52,033 bases of DNA from Candidatus Sulfobium sp. (GCA_037380845.1 JARRRI010000020.1:1-52033), one strand, 5' to 3'; counted from the first letter of the stretch, positions 36,432 through 46,274 are shown. The notes: a model not told the origin generated them from the sequence alone. Numbers and translations: made by a program.

Positions 36432-38039
36432 ATGTACACTGAATATTTCGGACTTAGAGAATCTCCATTTTCCATAGCACCCGATCCGCGCTATCTCTTC
36501 ATGAGCGGAAAGCATCGGGAGGCGCTTGCACATCTTATTTACGGGATCAGGGGAGACGGCTTTATCCTGCTTACCGGCGAGGTGGGGACAGGGAAAACTA
36601 CGGTCTGCCGCTGCCTCCTGGAACAGCTCCCGGAGAATACGGATATCGCCTTCGTCCTTTACCCGAAGCTGACGGTACGCGAGCTCCTTGCCACCATATG
36701 CGATGAACTGCGGATCGGTTATAAGAGGGCCAACGCCAGCAACAAGGACCTGCTGGACCGCATAAACGCTCATCTGCTCGCTGCCCACGCCCGGGGGAGA
36801 AAAACTGTGCTTATCATTGAAGAGGCGCAGAACCTCAGTACGGAGCTTCTGGAGCAGGTACGCCTGCTGACCAATCTCGAGACCGACAGCCGGAAGCTCC
36901 TGCAGATAATCATGGTCGGGCAGCCGGAACTGAGGGATGTACTTGAGCGTTCCGACATGAGGCAGGTTGCGCAGCGGATTACAGCCCGCTACCATCTCGG
37001 TCCGCTGTCCCGGGAGGAAGTTGCCGCCTACGTCTCGCACCGTCTGGCGGTCGCAGGAGGAAGGCCGGAGTTGTTCCCTCCCCGGACCGTCAAAAGAATT
37101 TTCCGTTTGAGCGGGGGGATTCCGCGTCTGATAAACCTGCTCTGTGACCGCTCGCTGTTGGGCGCCTACTCTCAGGGCAGAAAGGCTATAGACAGCCCGA
37201 CTGTCTCCACGGCCTGGCGGGAGATTTCAGGCGGGCAGAGGGAAGCCCCCTCTCCGGCGAAAGGCCTGCGGTTTGCGATCGGGGTTATGGTGCTTGTCAT
37301 ATGCGGGGCTGTCGTTGCCGCCGTTTATTATGCCCGGATGGCGCAGTCGGACGACAGTGAAAGGGCAGTCCAGATCCAGAAAATAAAACCGGGAAAAATA
37401 CATACGGAGCCGGCGACGCTGGAATGGCCGGCTGCGCAGCCTGTTGAGGAGAGTGAGGACATGGCGTACCGGACACTCTTCGGGGAATGGGGCGCTTCTT
37501 ACGGGGGAGGCGGCCCTTCGGCATGTCGCGGGGTCGTACCTGACGGTCTGCAATGCCTTCAGGACCTGGGCGGCATGAATACCCTGATGCGCCTGAACAG
37601 GCCGGCGGTGTTGACACTTTTCGATTCGAGGGGGAGAAAATATTACGCCGCCCTGATATCAGTCCAGGGAGATAAAGCCACATTCAGGTTGGGCAGTGAA
37701 ACCAGGAAGGTTGACATTCACCGGATCGAGAGGTGGTGGTTCGGCGACTTTTCCGTGCTGTGGCGTACACCGCCTGACTACCGGGGAGACATCAGGCCCG
37801 GGGACAGCGGTCAGACAGTAAAGTGGCTCGGCAGGCAGCTTTCCGGTATCGATGGTGCGGGTGTAGAACCCTTCAACGACCTGGTGTACAATAAGGAAAT
37901 GGTAAAGCAGGTCAAGAAGTTTCAGCTTGCGAACGGCCTTAATCCCGACGGGATAGTAGGACCCAGGACCGTGATTCTCCTGAACTCCCGGAGCGGAGAG
38001 ACGACCCCGAGGCTGAACGGAGCTGGGGGAGGGGAATAG
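36432..38039 (+). CDS. exeA: ExeA/GspA family AAA ATPase with peptidoglycan-binding domain
   Basis: PFSIAPDPRYL, GEVGTGKTT, EEAQNL, GQPEL, GIPRLIN, FQLANGLNPDGIVG. Confidence 0.9.
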   Translation: MYTEYFGLRESPFSIAPDPRYLFMSGKHREALAHLIYGIRGDGFILLTGEVGTGKTTVCRCLLEQLPENTDIAFVLYPKLTVRELLATICDELRIGYKRANASNKDLLDRINAHLLAAHARGRKTVLIIEEAQNLSTELLEQVRLLTNLETDSRKLLQIIMVGQPELRDVLERSDMRQVAQRITARYHLGPLSREEVAAYVSHRLAVAGGRPELFPPRTVKRIFRLSGGIPRLINLLCDRSLLGAYSQGRKAIDSPTVSTAWREISGGQREAPSPAKGLRFAIGVMVLVICGAVVAAVYYARMAQSDDSERAVQIQKIKPGKIHTEPATLEWPAAQPVEESEDMAYRTLFGEWGASYGGGGPSACRGVVPDGLQCLQDLGGMNTLMRLNRPAVLTLFDSRGRKYYAALISVQGDKATFRLGSETRKVDIHRIERWWFGDFSVLWRTPPDYRGDIRPGDSGQTVKWLGRQLSGIDGAGVEPFNDLVYNKEMVKQVKKFQLANGLNPDGIVGPRTVILLNSRSGETTPRLNGAGGGE

Positions 38040-38041
38040 CG

Positions 38042-38800
38042 GTGTCCTACATACTCGATGCGCTGAAAAAGGCCGAAGATGAGCGGCGGCGAGGCATTGC
38101 GCCGGACATTACGACCGTCCAGGATACAGCGTCCGTTCAGGGGAGCAGTGTGCGTTCGGTGTGGACCTACCTGATGCTGGCGGTGCTGCTGCTCAACGCG
38201 GGGGTGCTGGTGTGGTGGCTCGGACCGTGGAATATGAAAAGAACCGGGAAGGCCGTGCCGAGGACTGAGGCTGGACGGACTTTCGCGACCGCGGAGATTG
38301 GGGATATGTCCGGCCGGGGACCTGATGTCGCATCTCCGGCCGAAAAAACAGAGCCGGGTCCTGCCGACAAGGCTGCCGTTGATCGGAACGCAGAAAAAAC
38401 GCCTCCTTCGAGAGAGATAAGGACAGTCCGAAAGAAGGTCGTCGCATCGCCGGCGAAGGAACCCGGCACCAAGGAAAGTGTGGCCCGCAAAATGGAGGCT
38501 GGGCCGGCCATTGAAGAGAAAGCTGACGCCCGGTCCGGTCCGCTTCCATCTCCGGACAGAAACAGGATATACGCCGTAAACCAGCTGCCCCCTTCAGTCC
38601 GGCAGGACCTGCCTGACCTGAAGATGTCTCTTCACTACTTTACCGATGACCCTTCCTCGCGTCTGGTAAGCATCGGCGGGGAGACGCTGAGGGAAGGTCA
38701 GGAAGTGGCCCCGGGACTCAGGATCGATAAGATCACGGCAGACGGAGCGGTCTTCGACTACCAGCACTACCACTTCCGTATAGGAATAAAGCAGAAGTAA
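38042..38800 (+). CDS. gspB: GspB/ExeB family protein
   Basis: SYILDALKKAEDER N-terminus, TM, low-complexity linker, C-terminal LREGQEV..I..ITADG; follows exeA. Confidence 0.85.
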   Translation: MSYILDALKKAEDERRRGIAPDITTVQDTASVQGSSVRSVWTYLMLAVLLLNAGVLVWWLGPWNMKRTGKAVPRTEAGRTFATAEIGDMSGRGPDVASPAEKTEPGPADKAAVDRNAEKTPPSREIRTVRKKVVASPAKEPGTKESVARKMEAGPAIEEKADARSGPLPSPDRNRIYAVNQLPPSVRQDLPDLKMSLHYFTDDPSSRLVSIGGETLREGQEVAPGLRIDKITADGAVFDYQHYHFRIGIKQK

Positions 38801-39014
38801 GATTCTTAAGGCCCGCTCCCTCCATTCGCCGCATTTGTGAAGTCGTTGGCGCATATTTTGGTCAAGAGGAATTATTGATGGATCACAAGTCTGACTGAGA
38901 AAGCCTTTACGTTTTCGAACAACCCGGAGCAGGCTTCCTTCCTAATCAGCCAATTGCAGTCTCCCTTAAAAGTTTATAAACTTCAAATAGGAATGATGAA
39001 AGAAGGGGATATTA

Positions 39015-39482
39015 TTGAGTGCCGTGAAAAATAGTTTTTACATTGGAGATAGGCGGATCGTTGGCGACAGAAGAAAGCTGCGGTCACGATTTCTGTCCAA
39101 GCATACAATTTTCGGCGGTCGAAGAAGGATTATCAGGAGGAGAGAGGACAAGAAGTCTCATATTTTAGTAGACAGTTACGATCTGAGGACATTCATAGTT
39201 ATTTTGCTTCTATTGATGTTGAGTATATCCGACGCTTATTTGACCCTCACCCTGGTGAAAACATATGACGCAATAGAGCTCAATCCTATTATGGCTTTGT
39301 ATTTGGAAGCCGGCAATATTACGTTCTTTTTGGAAAAATTTCTGATAACATCGATGGCTGTATTCATTTTCTGTGTTTTCAGTCATCGTGCTGTCACCAG
39401 GGTTTTCTTGGGATTGTCGATCATAATCTATTCTGGTCTCGTTTATTACGAAGTTAGTCTCCTGAATAGCTTGTTAAAGTAA
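39015..39482 (+). CDS. DUF5658-like membrane protein
   Basis: DRR-rich N-terminus, DAYLTL..ELNPIM motif, TM helices; AT-rich. Confidence 0.7.
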   Translation: MSAVKNSFYIGDRRIVGDRRKLRSRFLSKHTIFGGRRRIIRRREDKKSHILVDSYDLRTFIVILLLLMLSISDAYLTLTLVKTYDAIELNPIMALYLEAGNITFFLEKFLITSMAVFIFCVFSHRAVTRVFLGLSIIIYSGLVYYEVSLLNSLLK

Positions 39483-39560
39483 TCCCTCAGAGATCCTTCC
39501 TGTAATCAAGGCTCCAACGTTTCCACTAAAGGGCAACTTCATTTTACTGGACAAATATCC

Positions 39561-40337
39561 TTATCGTCTTTTCACGTTCTTCTCAATCTGGTGGCAGAGG
39601 CCATAGAGCATCTTTAGCTCCCATTCGGTGAGGCCGGCCCTGCCGATGAAATGTTTGAGGTTGGCCATGATCTTTTTTCTTATGTTTCTGTCGCCTCTCG
39701 GGATGTATTCCAGCAATTCCAGAGCGTGAGATATCCTGTCATACAGGTCAGAAATCTCGCCATGCCCTGCGAGGCCGGGAAAAAGTCGGAGATCGGGCGG
39801 AATGACATAAGGTCCATCGCCCTTTTCAGTCAGCCGACCCCCGTATTCAGCCAGGAAAAGCTCGTAGGCGATAATCAGGACGGCATGCGAGAGGTTCAGG
39901 GAGGGCTGGGCCTTGCTGCTGGGGATAGACAGCATGAACCCGCATTCCTCCACCTCTTCATTATATAAACCTTTTGCCTCCCTTCCGAAGAGGACCGCGA
40001 CCTTGTTGACCGCCGCCATCCGGCACAGCCGCGAGGCGCCCTCATCCGCCGGCATAATAAGACCCCGCCTTTTCCCCTTTCTTCGGGTGGTACCGACGAC
40101 GACGGGCTTGTCAGCTATCGCATCTACAAGCGTCCCGTAGGTCCGGGCCGAGCTCAGCACGTCATGGGCGTTCCGGGCGAACCACCTGCCCTCTCCTTCG
40201 GTCAGAGAGGCGGGCGGGTTTACAACGGCGAGGTTTCTGAAACCCATGTTCTTAATCGCCCTGGCCGAGGCCCCGACATTGCCCGGTTCTTTCGGTTCCA
40301 CAAGTACGAAGTATATGTTGTCCTTCCAGTTATCCAT
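39561..40337 (-). CDS. trmJ: tRNA/rRNA SPOUT methyltransferase (TrmJ family)
   Basis: PGNVGASARAIKNMG, FGREAKGL, SLNLSHAV. Confidence 0.9.
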   Translation of the reverse strand: MDNWKDNIYFVLVEPKEPGNVGASARAIKNMGFRNLAVVNPPASLTEGEGRWFARNAHDVLSSARTYGTLVDAIADKPVVVGTTRRKGKRRGLIMPADEGASRLCRMAAVNKVAVLFGREAKGLYNEEVEECGFMLSIPSSKAQPSLNLSHAVLIIAYELFLAEYGGRLTEKGDGPYVIPPDLRLFPGLAGHGEISDLYDRISHALELLEYIPRGDRNIRKKIMANLKHFIGRAGLTEWELKMLYGLCHQIEKNVKRR

Positions 40338-40423
40338 AGTTTAATTTACCTTACATTTGCGGGAAAAAACTCGAAAAGCCCCGCATTTCTTTACAAAGGA
40401 CAGCCTTTCTTTTATCATTTACT

Positions 40424-42175
40424 ATGCGCGAAAAAGACAAGAAGGGCAGGGTCCTGCGCCTGGCGATGGCCCAGATTAATCCGACCGTGGGAGATCTGGA
40501 AGGAAACGCCTCAGTCATCCTGGCCTGGACGAGAAAGGCCAGGAGGAAGAAGGCTGATATCGTGGCGTTTCCGGAGCTGGCGGTTACGGGTTATCCGCCG
40601 GAGGACCTGGTCCTGAAACCCCAGTTCATCTCAGACAACATAAAAGCGGTCGAACGGCTCATTCCAAAGGTCAGGGGGATTGCGGCGGTTGTCGGTTTTG
40701 TCGACAGGGGAAAGAATAAAGAACTGTATAATGCCGCGGCCCTTATCTGCGACGGAAAGCTTGTAGACATCTATCACAAGATCCTTCTTCCCAATTACGG
40801 CGTTTTCGACGAGTTCCGTTATTTCAGGCCGGGGACAAGGTTCCCCGTCTACAACTTCAGAAACGTAAGGTTCGGGATCAATATCTGCGAGGACATCTGG
40901 CACCGTGAAGGTCCGGCCCGCAGGCAGGCGGATGCCGGTGCGGAACTTATCATAAATATTAATGCCTCACCTTTCGAGAAAGGCAAGCCCGAGACGAGGG
41001 AACGCATCCTGGCCGACAGGTCGACCGAAAACGGCGTAATGATAGCCTATGTAAACACCGTAGGGGGGCAGGATGAACTGGTATTCGACGGAATGAGCAT
41101 GGTTTCGGACCACACGGGCCGGATTACGGCCAGGGGAAAGCGGTTCGATGAGGACATGCTGACAGTCGACCTTGATATGAGCGAGGTCGGGCGTGAGCGC
41201 AGAAATAGCGGGAGGCAGCGGCGAGGCGGCCCGGTTTACCGTCCCGCCGGGAGAATAAGGATAGCCGCACCCCCCGTGCCCGCCAGAAAACCACTTGGAG
41301 GGCCGCCTTTGCCGGCCCGGCCGGGCAGGGAAGAGGAAATATACAGCGCCCTGGTCCTCGGCACCTCCGACTATGTGAGAAAGAACGGTTTCGGCGGAGT
41401 TGTCATCGGCCTGAGCGGAGGGGTCGATTCCTCTCTGGTGTCAGCAATAGCGGTAGATGCCATCGGCAGGGAAAATGTCCACGGACTCTTCATGCCCTCT
41501 CAATACACGGCTAAGGAGAGCAGGGAGGACGCCTTCGAACTCGTTAAGAACCTGGGGATGAAGGTGACCGAGAAACCGATTGACCGGATTCTGGGGGGCT
41601 ATCTGAAAGAACTGGAAGAGGATTTCAGGGGCAGGGAACAGGACACGACTGAAGAAAACCTGCAGGCCAGAATCAGGGGAAACCTTCTCATGGCTTTTTC
41701 GAACAAGTTCGGCTGGCTCGTGCTGACGACCGGAAACAAGTCCGAGATGAGTGTCGGATATGCTACTCTCTATGGCGATATGGCCGGCGGCTTCGCCGTT
41801 ATCAAGGACGTGCCGAAGATGCTGGTGTATGACCTGTGCAAGTGGCGGAACGCGTTGGGCGAAGGGGAGATAATCCCGGACAGGGTGCTGTGGAAGGAGC
41901 CGACAGCCGAACTCAAGAAAGACCAGAGAGACTCCGACAGCCTGCCGCCCTATCAGTTGCTTGATCCGATACTGAAGGCGTATATAGAAGATGAGATGAG
42001 CTTCGAGGAAATATTGAAACTGGGCTGTGATCTCGAATGCACGCGGAAGGTCATACGGATGGTGGACAGGAGCGAGTACAAACGGAGACAGGCGCCACCG
42101 GGGATAAAAATAACTCCCAGGGCCTTCGGCAGGGACAGGCGTTTCCCCATCACCAACAGGTACAGGAGTTACTGA
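40424..42175 (+). CDS. nadE: Glutamine-dependent NAD+ synthetase
   Basis: Nitrilase domain (FPEL, ICEDIW) plus GLSGGVDS, ENLQAR, TGNKSE. Confidence 0.97.
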   Translation: MREKDKKGRVLRLAMAQINPTVGDLEGNASVILAWTRKARRKKADIVAFPELAVTGYPPEDLVLKPQFISDNIKAVERLIPKVRGIAAVVGFVDRGKNKELYNAAALICDGKLVDIYHKILLPNYGVFDEFRYFRPGTRFPVYNFRNVRFGINICEDIWHREGPARRQADAGAELIININASPFEKGKPETRERILADRSTENGVMIAYVNTVGGQDELVFDGMSMVSDHTGRITARGKRFDEDMLTVDLDMSEVGRERRNSGRQRRGGPVYRPAGRIRIAAPPVPARKPLGGPPLPARPGREEEIYSALVLGTSDYVRKNGFGGVVIGLSGGVDSSLVSAIAVDAIGRENVHGLFMPSQYTAKESREDAFELVKNLGMKVTEKPIDRILGGYLKELEEDFRGREQDTTEENLQARIRGNLLMAFSNKFGWLVLTTGNKSEMSVGYATLYGDMAGGFAVIKDVPKMLVYDLCKWRNALGEGEIIPDRVLWKEPTAELKKDQRDSDSLPPYQLLDPILKAYIEDEMSFEEILKLGCDLECTRKVIRMVDRSEYKRRQAPPGIKITPRAFGRDRRFPITNRYRSY

Positions 42176-42474
42176 TGAACCGTTCCGGATTTTCTACTGC
42201 TCCTCTGAAACCTGCCCTGTTCGTCCTGTTCTTTCTGATATTCATTCCCGCTTCTGCCTCCCGCTCTGCGGATGACGGCGCTTTCCAGTTCAGGAAGGTA
42301 AGTGAGCTCCAGAGGATACAACCGAAAAAGCCGGTCCGGATAAAATTAAAAAGGTCGGTCAGGGGTGTATACAGCTGGGAGCTTTCCGGCGACGACGCCC
42401 GGGAGATCCTGAAGGTGGACCGGCAGCTCAGACAGGTGCTCAAGCCGGATGGCCGGGTGAATGCCGACCGGTAG
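42175..42474 (+). CDS. Small exported hypothetical protein
   Basis: ATG overlaps the nadE stop, signal-peptide-like stretch, 3' end overlaps the rsmI start. Confidence 0.65.
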   Translation: MNRSGFSTAPLKPALFVLFFLIFIPASASRSADDGAFQFRKVSELQRIQPKKPVRIKLKRSVRGVYSWELSGDDAREILKVDRQLRQVLKPDGRVNADR

Positions 42475-43288
42475 GCTTTACATTGTTGCCACGCCCATCG
42501 GCAATCTTGAAGATATCACCCTCAGGGCGCTGCGGGTTCTTAAAGAGGCGGATGTGATCGCTGCCGAGGATACAAGACATTCCCTCAGACTTCTGAACCA
42601 TTATGGTATTTCCAGACAGCTCGTCAGCTATTGGGGCGAAAAGGAGAAGGTGAGGGCGGAAGAAACGATATCCCTGCTGAAGGCCGGGAAAAACGTGGCC
42701 CTTATCTCTGATGCCGGCACTCCAGGCATAGCGGACCCAGGCAGCGTCCTGATAAGAAGGGCGTGGGAGGAAGGAATCAGGGTCGAAGCCGTTCCCGGTC
42801 CGGCGGCAGTCATAGCGGCGCTGTCTGTTTCGGGTTTTTCAACGGAGGAATTCATGTTTTGCGGGTTCCTTCCCTCAAAACAGTCCCGCAGAAGAAAATT
42901 ACTTGAAGAGTTGAGTCGTGAGAAAAGAACGGTCGTCTTTTACGAGGCACCCCACAGGATAATGGAATGCTTCGGCGATATCGCGGAGTTGTTCGGTGAC
43001 AGGAAGACCGTTGTAGCGCGCGAAATGACGAAGCTGCACGAAGAGATCACGAGGGGCGATGCCGTTGAGATCAGGGAGAGGCTTGAGGGCAGCGTAACGG
43101 CGGGGGAATACGTGGTTGTCATTGAGGGCAGGCGCGACGAAAAAAGCCCCGCCGGTGAGGAAGCCCTGAAGGAGGTCGGGGCCCTCATGAAGAAAGGCTT
43201 CGGACGGAAAGAAGCGGTAAAGCGGGTCGCCACGGAATACGGACTGAGCAGGAAAGAACTCTACGACCGGAGTCTCTCCGGCGGGTAA
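42461..43288 (+). CDS. rsmI: 16S rRNA Cm1402 methyltransferase
   Basis: VATPIGNLEDIT, AEDTR, SDAGTP, YEAPHR, REMTKLHEE. Confidence 0.97.
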   Translation: MPTGRLYIVATPIGNLEDITLRALRVLKEADVIAAEDTRHSLRLLNHYGISRQLVSYWGEKEKVRAEETISLLKAGKNVALISDAGTPGIADPGSVLIRRAWEEGIRVEAVPGPAAVIAALSVSGFSTEEFMFCGFLPSKQSRRRKLLEELSREKRTVVFYEAPHRIMECFGDIAELFGDRKTVVAREMTKLHEEITRGDAVEIRERLEGSVTAGEYVVVIEGRRDEKSPAGEEALKEVGALMKKGFGRKEAVKRVATEYGLSRKELYDRSLSGG

Positions 43289-43296
43289 GCCGGGCG

Positions 43297-43319
43297 GGCC
43301 GGGAATCAATCCCGGCCCT
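43297..43319. terminator. Hairpin between convergent rsmI and the hsp20 operon
   Basis: GGGCCGGGA-atcaa-TCCCGGCCC. Confidence 0.5.
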
Positions 43320-43334
43320 GAAATGACGGCGTCG

Positions 43335-43732
43335 TTACTCGATCCTGACCCTGATCTTCTTCGCCTCTTCCGGCTGAAGGAACCATAGGAACGCTCCGTG
43401 ACATAATAACTGCGCCCCTTGTCTTCTTTCTCCTCTTTCTTTTCTCCCTTCATGGTAAGTGATTCATGATTGATGGAAACATCGATGTCCTTTTCCTCCA
43501 TGCCCGGGAGTTCGGCTGTCACCCTGATCTCCTTGTCGCTCCCGGATACATCCACTATGGGACCGAAGTCATTTAAGCCCGTATCAAAAGGCCGTATGCC
43601 GAAGTCCCCGAAGAAATTGTCGAAAAGATCGTTCATCTCCCGCTGCAGCAGGGAAAAGGGATTCCCTGTTTCCCGTCTCACAGGGACTTCCTTTTTCCTG
43701 AAAGTCCATGGCATCAGATCTTTCATCGTCAT
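43335..43732 (-). pseudogene. Hsp20 small heat shock protein with apparent internal deletion/frameshift
   Basis: AELPGM...ERSYGSFSR followed directly, in another frame, by PEEAKKIRVRIE-stop; the LP...GVL strands are missing. Confidence 0.75.
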
Positions 43733-43752
43733 CCTTATCCCTCCTTTCGCCG

Positions 43753-44160
43753 CTATGCCCTGGAAGTGACTTCTATTTTTCTTGTTTTCACTATCTCCGC
43801 CTTTGGAAGCGTTAATCTCAGTACGCCGTTATTGACAGACGCCCGAATCCCTTCCCTGTCGATTTCATCCGAAATCGTGAAGACCCTCTGATAGTCACCT
43901 ATATTGTATTCCGACACGACCAGCCTGTGGTTTTCAGGTATCGCGGGCTCGACCCTTCCGTAAATCGTAAGGACATTCTTTTCGAGGGTGACGTCCACGG
44001 ATTTTTCATCGACACCCGGCATGTCCGCAACTACGATGTTATCGTCCTTCCTTTCGATGATGTCGACGGAAGGGGTGTAAACCTTGGTCGCCCTCGTCCG
44101 TTCGACACCGGTCTGTAACTCGGCCTCTTTCTTCTCCAACTCTTTAACGGTGTCAGGCAT
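43753..44160 (-). CDS. Hsp20/alpha-crystallin family protein
   Basis: PSVDI, ADMPGV, NGVLRLTLPK, KIEV. Confidence 0.92.
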   Translation of the reverse strand: MPDTVKELEKKEAELQTGVERTRATKVYTPSVDIIERKDDNIVVADMPGVDEKSVDVTLEKNVLTIYGRVEPAIPENHRLVVSEYNIGDYQRVFTISDEIDREGIRASVNNGVLRLTLPKAEIVKTRKIEVTSRA

Positions 44161-44172
44161 TGCGTTCACCTC

Positions 44173-44604
44173 CTATTCAGACTTTATCTCGATTTTTCTG
44201 GGCCTTTCTGCCTCCGCCCGGGGCAGATCCAGAGAGAGCACCCCGTTTACATACCGGGCCTTTACCTTGTCGGCATCGACATTAAAAGGCAGTTCAAGGG
44301 ACCTGCTGAACCGGCCGTACCATCTCTCCCTCCGGTGAAACTGTTCATCTTCCTTCGTCTCTTCAGGCCGGCGGGAAGCCTGCACCGTGATGCTTTTTCC
44401 CGCTACGGAAATATCGATATCCTTCGCATCCATTCCGGCAATCTCCATCGTTGCCGTCGCACCCTCGGAGGCGACCCACAGATTCGCCGCCGGGAATTCC
44501 CTTTCAGAAGGTGCGCCGGCCCTTGCCAACGAGCGACTTATGCGTTCCAGTTCACGCCATGGATCAACCTGTCTTCCAGACCTCTCAAAATCTGTCCACA
44601 ACAT
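44173..44604 (-). CDS. Hsp20/alpha-crystallin family protein
   Basis: FPAANL, RRERWYGRFSRSLELP, NGVL, KIEIK; GGAGG SD before the ATG at 44604. Confidence 0.92.
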   Translation of the reverse strand: MLWTDFERSGRQVDPWRELERISRSLARAGAPSEREFPAANLWVASEGATATMEIAGMDAKDIDISVAGKSITVQASRRPEETKEDEQFHRRERWYGRFSRSLELPFNVDADKVKARYVNGVLSLDLPRAEAERPRKIEIKSE

Positions 44605-44666
44605 CTCATTTCCTCCTTGTCGATTATGTATAGTGATCGCGAGAAATCTTCTCGTCTTCAGGAAAT

Positions 44667-44683
44667 AGCAACGGGGATGCCAA
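44667..44683 (-). promoter_or_regulatory. sigma54 (-24/-12) promoter of the hsp20 operon
   Basis: TTGGCAT-CCCCG-TTGCT matches TGGCAC-N5-TTGCW. Confidence 0.85.
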
Positions 44684-44702
44684 CCCGGGATCTGCGCTAT
44701 AT

Positions 44703-46274
44703 TCAAGCACTTGAGAAAAAAAGTGATTTCGAGTTCAGAAAGTAACGGACAAAATGTCCGATTAGCCGGGACATCTTGTCCGCAGGGGGCCAAAATGTCT
44801 TGTCATCCGTTTCAAGGGTGTATTTCGGAATCGGTAGGGCAATCCCTCTGTGGTTACCCAGAATCCCGGCCGCCGTCGTTTTGTTGCCGTTCGTCTTTTT
44901 CAGCGTCTCCCGGATAACCAGTTCTTCGACCTTGTCGAGGCTCGTTCCCAAGGGCACCGTGATACGGGAATCGGACCCCGTCCGCGACGCGGGACGAAAC
45001 AATTCCCCCGTGTCTTCCAGATGGGGCAGGACGTGGAAGGGGAATATCTTCCTGCTGTCCGGAGGGAGTAAGGTCGCGATCCTGGTCATGATATTCCTCA
45101 GCTCGCGGACATTACCTCTCCACGGAAATGTCTGCAGGAGGTGGATCGTCTCCGGCGACAGACCCGGAAAGGGCCGTTTGCGGCCCATCTCTGCCAGGGC
45201 CCTTTCAAGGAAGTGCAGGGCCAGCAGCGGAATGTCCTCTACCCTTTCGCGGAGCGGCGGGAGGCTCAGCCTGAGAACGTTCAGGCGGTAATACAGGTCT
45301 TCCCGAAAGAGTCTGTCTCTTACGGCCTTTTCAAGCTCTACGGCCGTGGCGGCGATCACCCTTACATCTACCGGAATCGGCCGCTCCGAACCGATGCGGT
45401 AGACCTTCTTTTCCTCGATAACGCGGAGCAGGCGCACCTGCAGCCCCAGCGGCATATCACCGATCTCGTCGAGAAAAAGGGTGCCCTGGTGGGCTGTCTC
45501 GAACTTTCCCTTCCTTGTCGCATAGGCCCCCGTGAAGGCCCCCTTTTCATGACCGAAGAGCTCTCCCTCAATAAGGCTTTCCGGTATCGCGCCGCAGTTG
45601 ATGGGAACGAAGGGACCCTGGGAGCGGGGGCTCAGGACGTGAACCGCACGCGCAAGCAGTTCCTTGCCTGTTCCGGTCTCGCCGGAGATAAGGACCGTGT
45701 GGTTCGACGCCGCTATTTCTGCGATATTGGCGAGCGCCCGGCGCATGGCGGGTGAGCGGAAAATAAAATAGGGTTTTACCTGCGTGACGATCGGCTCAAT
45801 TACGGCCAGGGAGGTGCTGACCGTACGCGGCCTTCCGAGGTCGGTCCCGATCATGCCGCCGAACCTCGTCACATCCACCGGTTTCTGAATGTAATCGTCG
45901 ACGACGAACCTGACGGACTCTTCGGAACTCTCCACCAGGTCATACTCCTCTTCCGTGAGGAGGTAGAAAAGGGCCGCCGGATGGGCTGTTTTATAGTCTC
46001 TGACCATGCCGATAAGCCGTTCATCGGCCATAAGAAGGGAGGCGGCGATAACATCGATCACCCCGCTGGAAAGTATTGCTGCCGCACCGTTATGATCCGG
46101 AGCTACAAAGACCCTCGCTCCGAACTTTTCGAGTGACAGCCTCAGCGACTGCGCAAACGGGACATCATGGTCTGCGATCAGCACTGAAATGCCAGTCAAA
46201 TCCGGTGCCTGGCCGGTCGTAAGGTCCTCCCGGCGCGGCGCGGGAAATCTCGGTTTCGTCGAAAAATGGGACAT
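44703..46274 (-). CDS. sigma54-dependent transcriptional activator (bEBP) with degenerate receiver; Fis HTH apparently truncated
   Basis: GETGTGKE, ELFGHEKGAFTGA, FLDEIG, WRGNVREL, GNKTTAAGILG then non-conserved read-through. Confidence 0.85.
   Translation of the reverse strand: MSHFSTKPRFPAPRREDLTTGQAPDLTGISVLIADHDVPFAQSLRLSLEKFGARVFVAPDHNGAAAILSSGVIDVIAASLLMADERLIGMVRDYKTAHPAALFYLLTEEEYDLVESSEESVRFVVDDYIQKPVDVTRFGGMIGTDLGRPRTVSTSLAVIEPIVTQVKPYFIFRSPAMRRALANIAEIAASNHTVLISGETGTGKELLARAVHVLSPRSQGPFVPINCGAIPESLIEGELFGHEKGAFTGAYATRKGKFETAHQGTLFLDEIGDMPLGLQVRLLRVIEEKKVYRIGSERPIPVDVRVIAATAVELEKAVRDRLFREDLYYRLNVLRLSLPPLRERVEDIPLLALHFLERALAEMGRKRPFPGLSPETIHLLQTFPWRGNVRELRNIMTRIATLLPPDSRKIFPFHVLPHLEDTGELFRPASRTGSDSRITVPLGTSLDKVEELVIRETLKKTNGNKTTAAGILGNHRGIALPIPKYTLETDDKTFWPPADKMSRLIGHFVRYFLNSKSLFFSSA
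44746..44800. promoter_or_regulatory. Three palindromic upstream activator sites (GGACA-N3-TGTCC)
   Basis: CGGACAAAATGTCCG (44746-44760), GGACATCTTGTCC (44769-44781), GGCCAAAATGTCT (44788-44800); IHF-like ATTCAAGCACTTG at 44701-44713. Confidence 0.7.

Noticed and set aside
38846..38862. sigma54-like TGGCGC...TTGG site (also TGGCAT near 17195 and TGGCAC near 51278)
   Set aside because: The -12 GC is missing or mis-spaced
42899..43334. C-terminal half of the 277-aa Hsp20 ORF as a fusion domain
   Set aside because: Frameshift read-through antisense to rsmI
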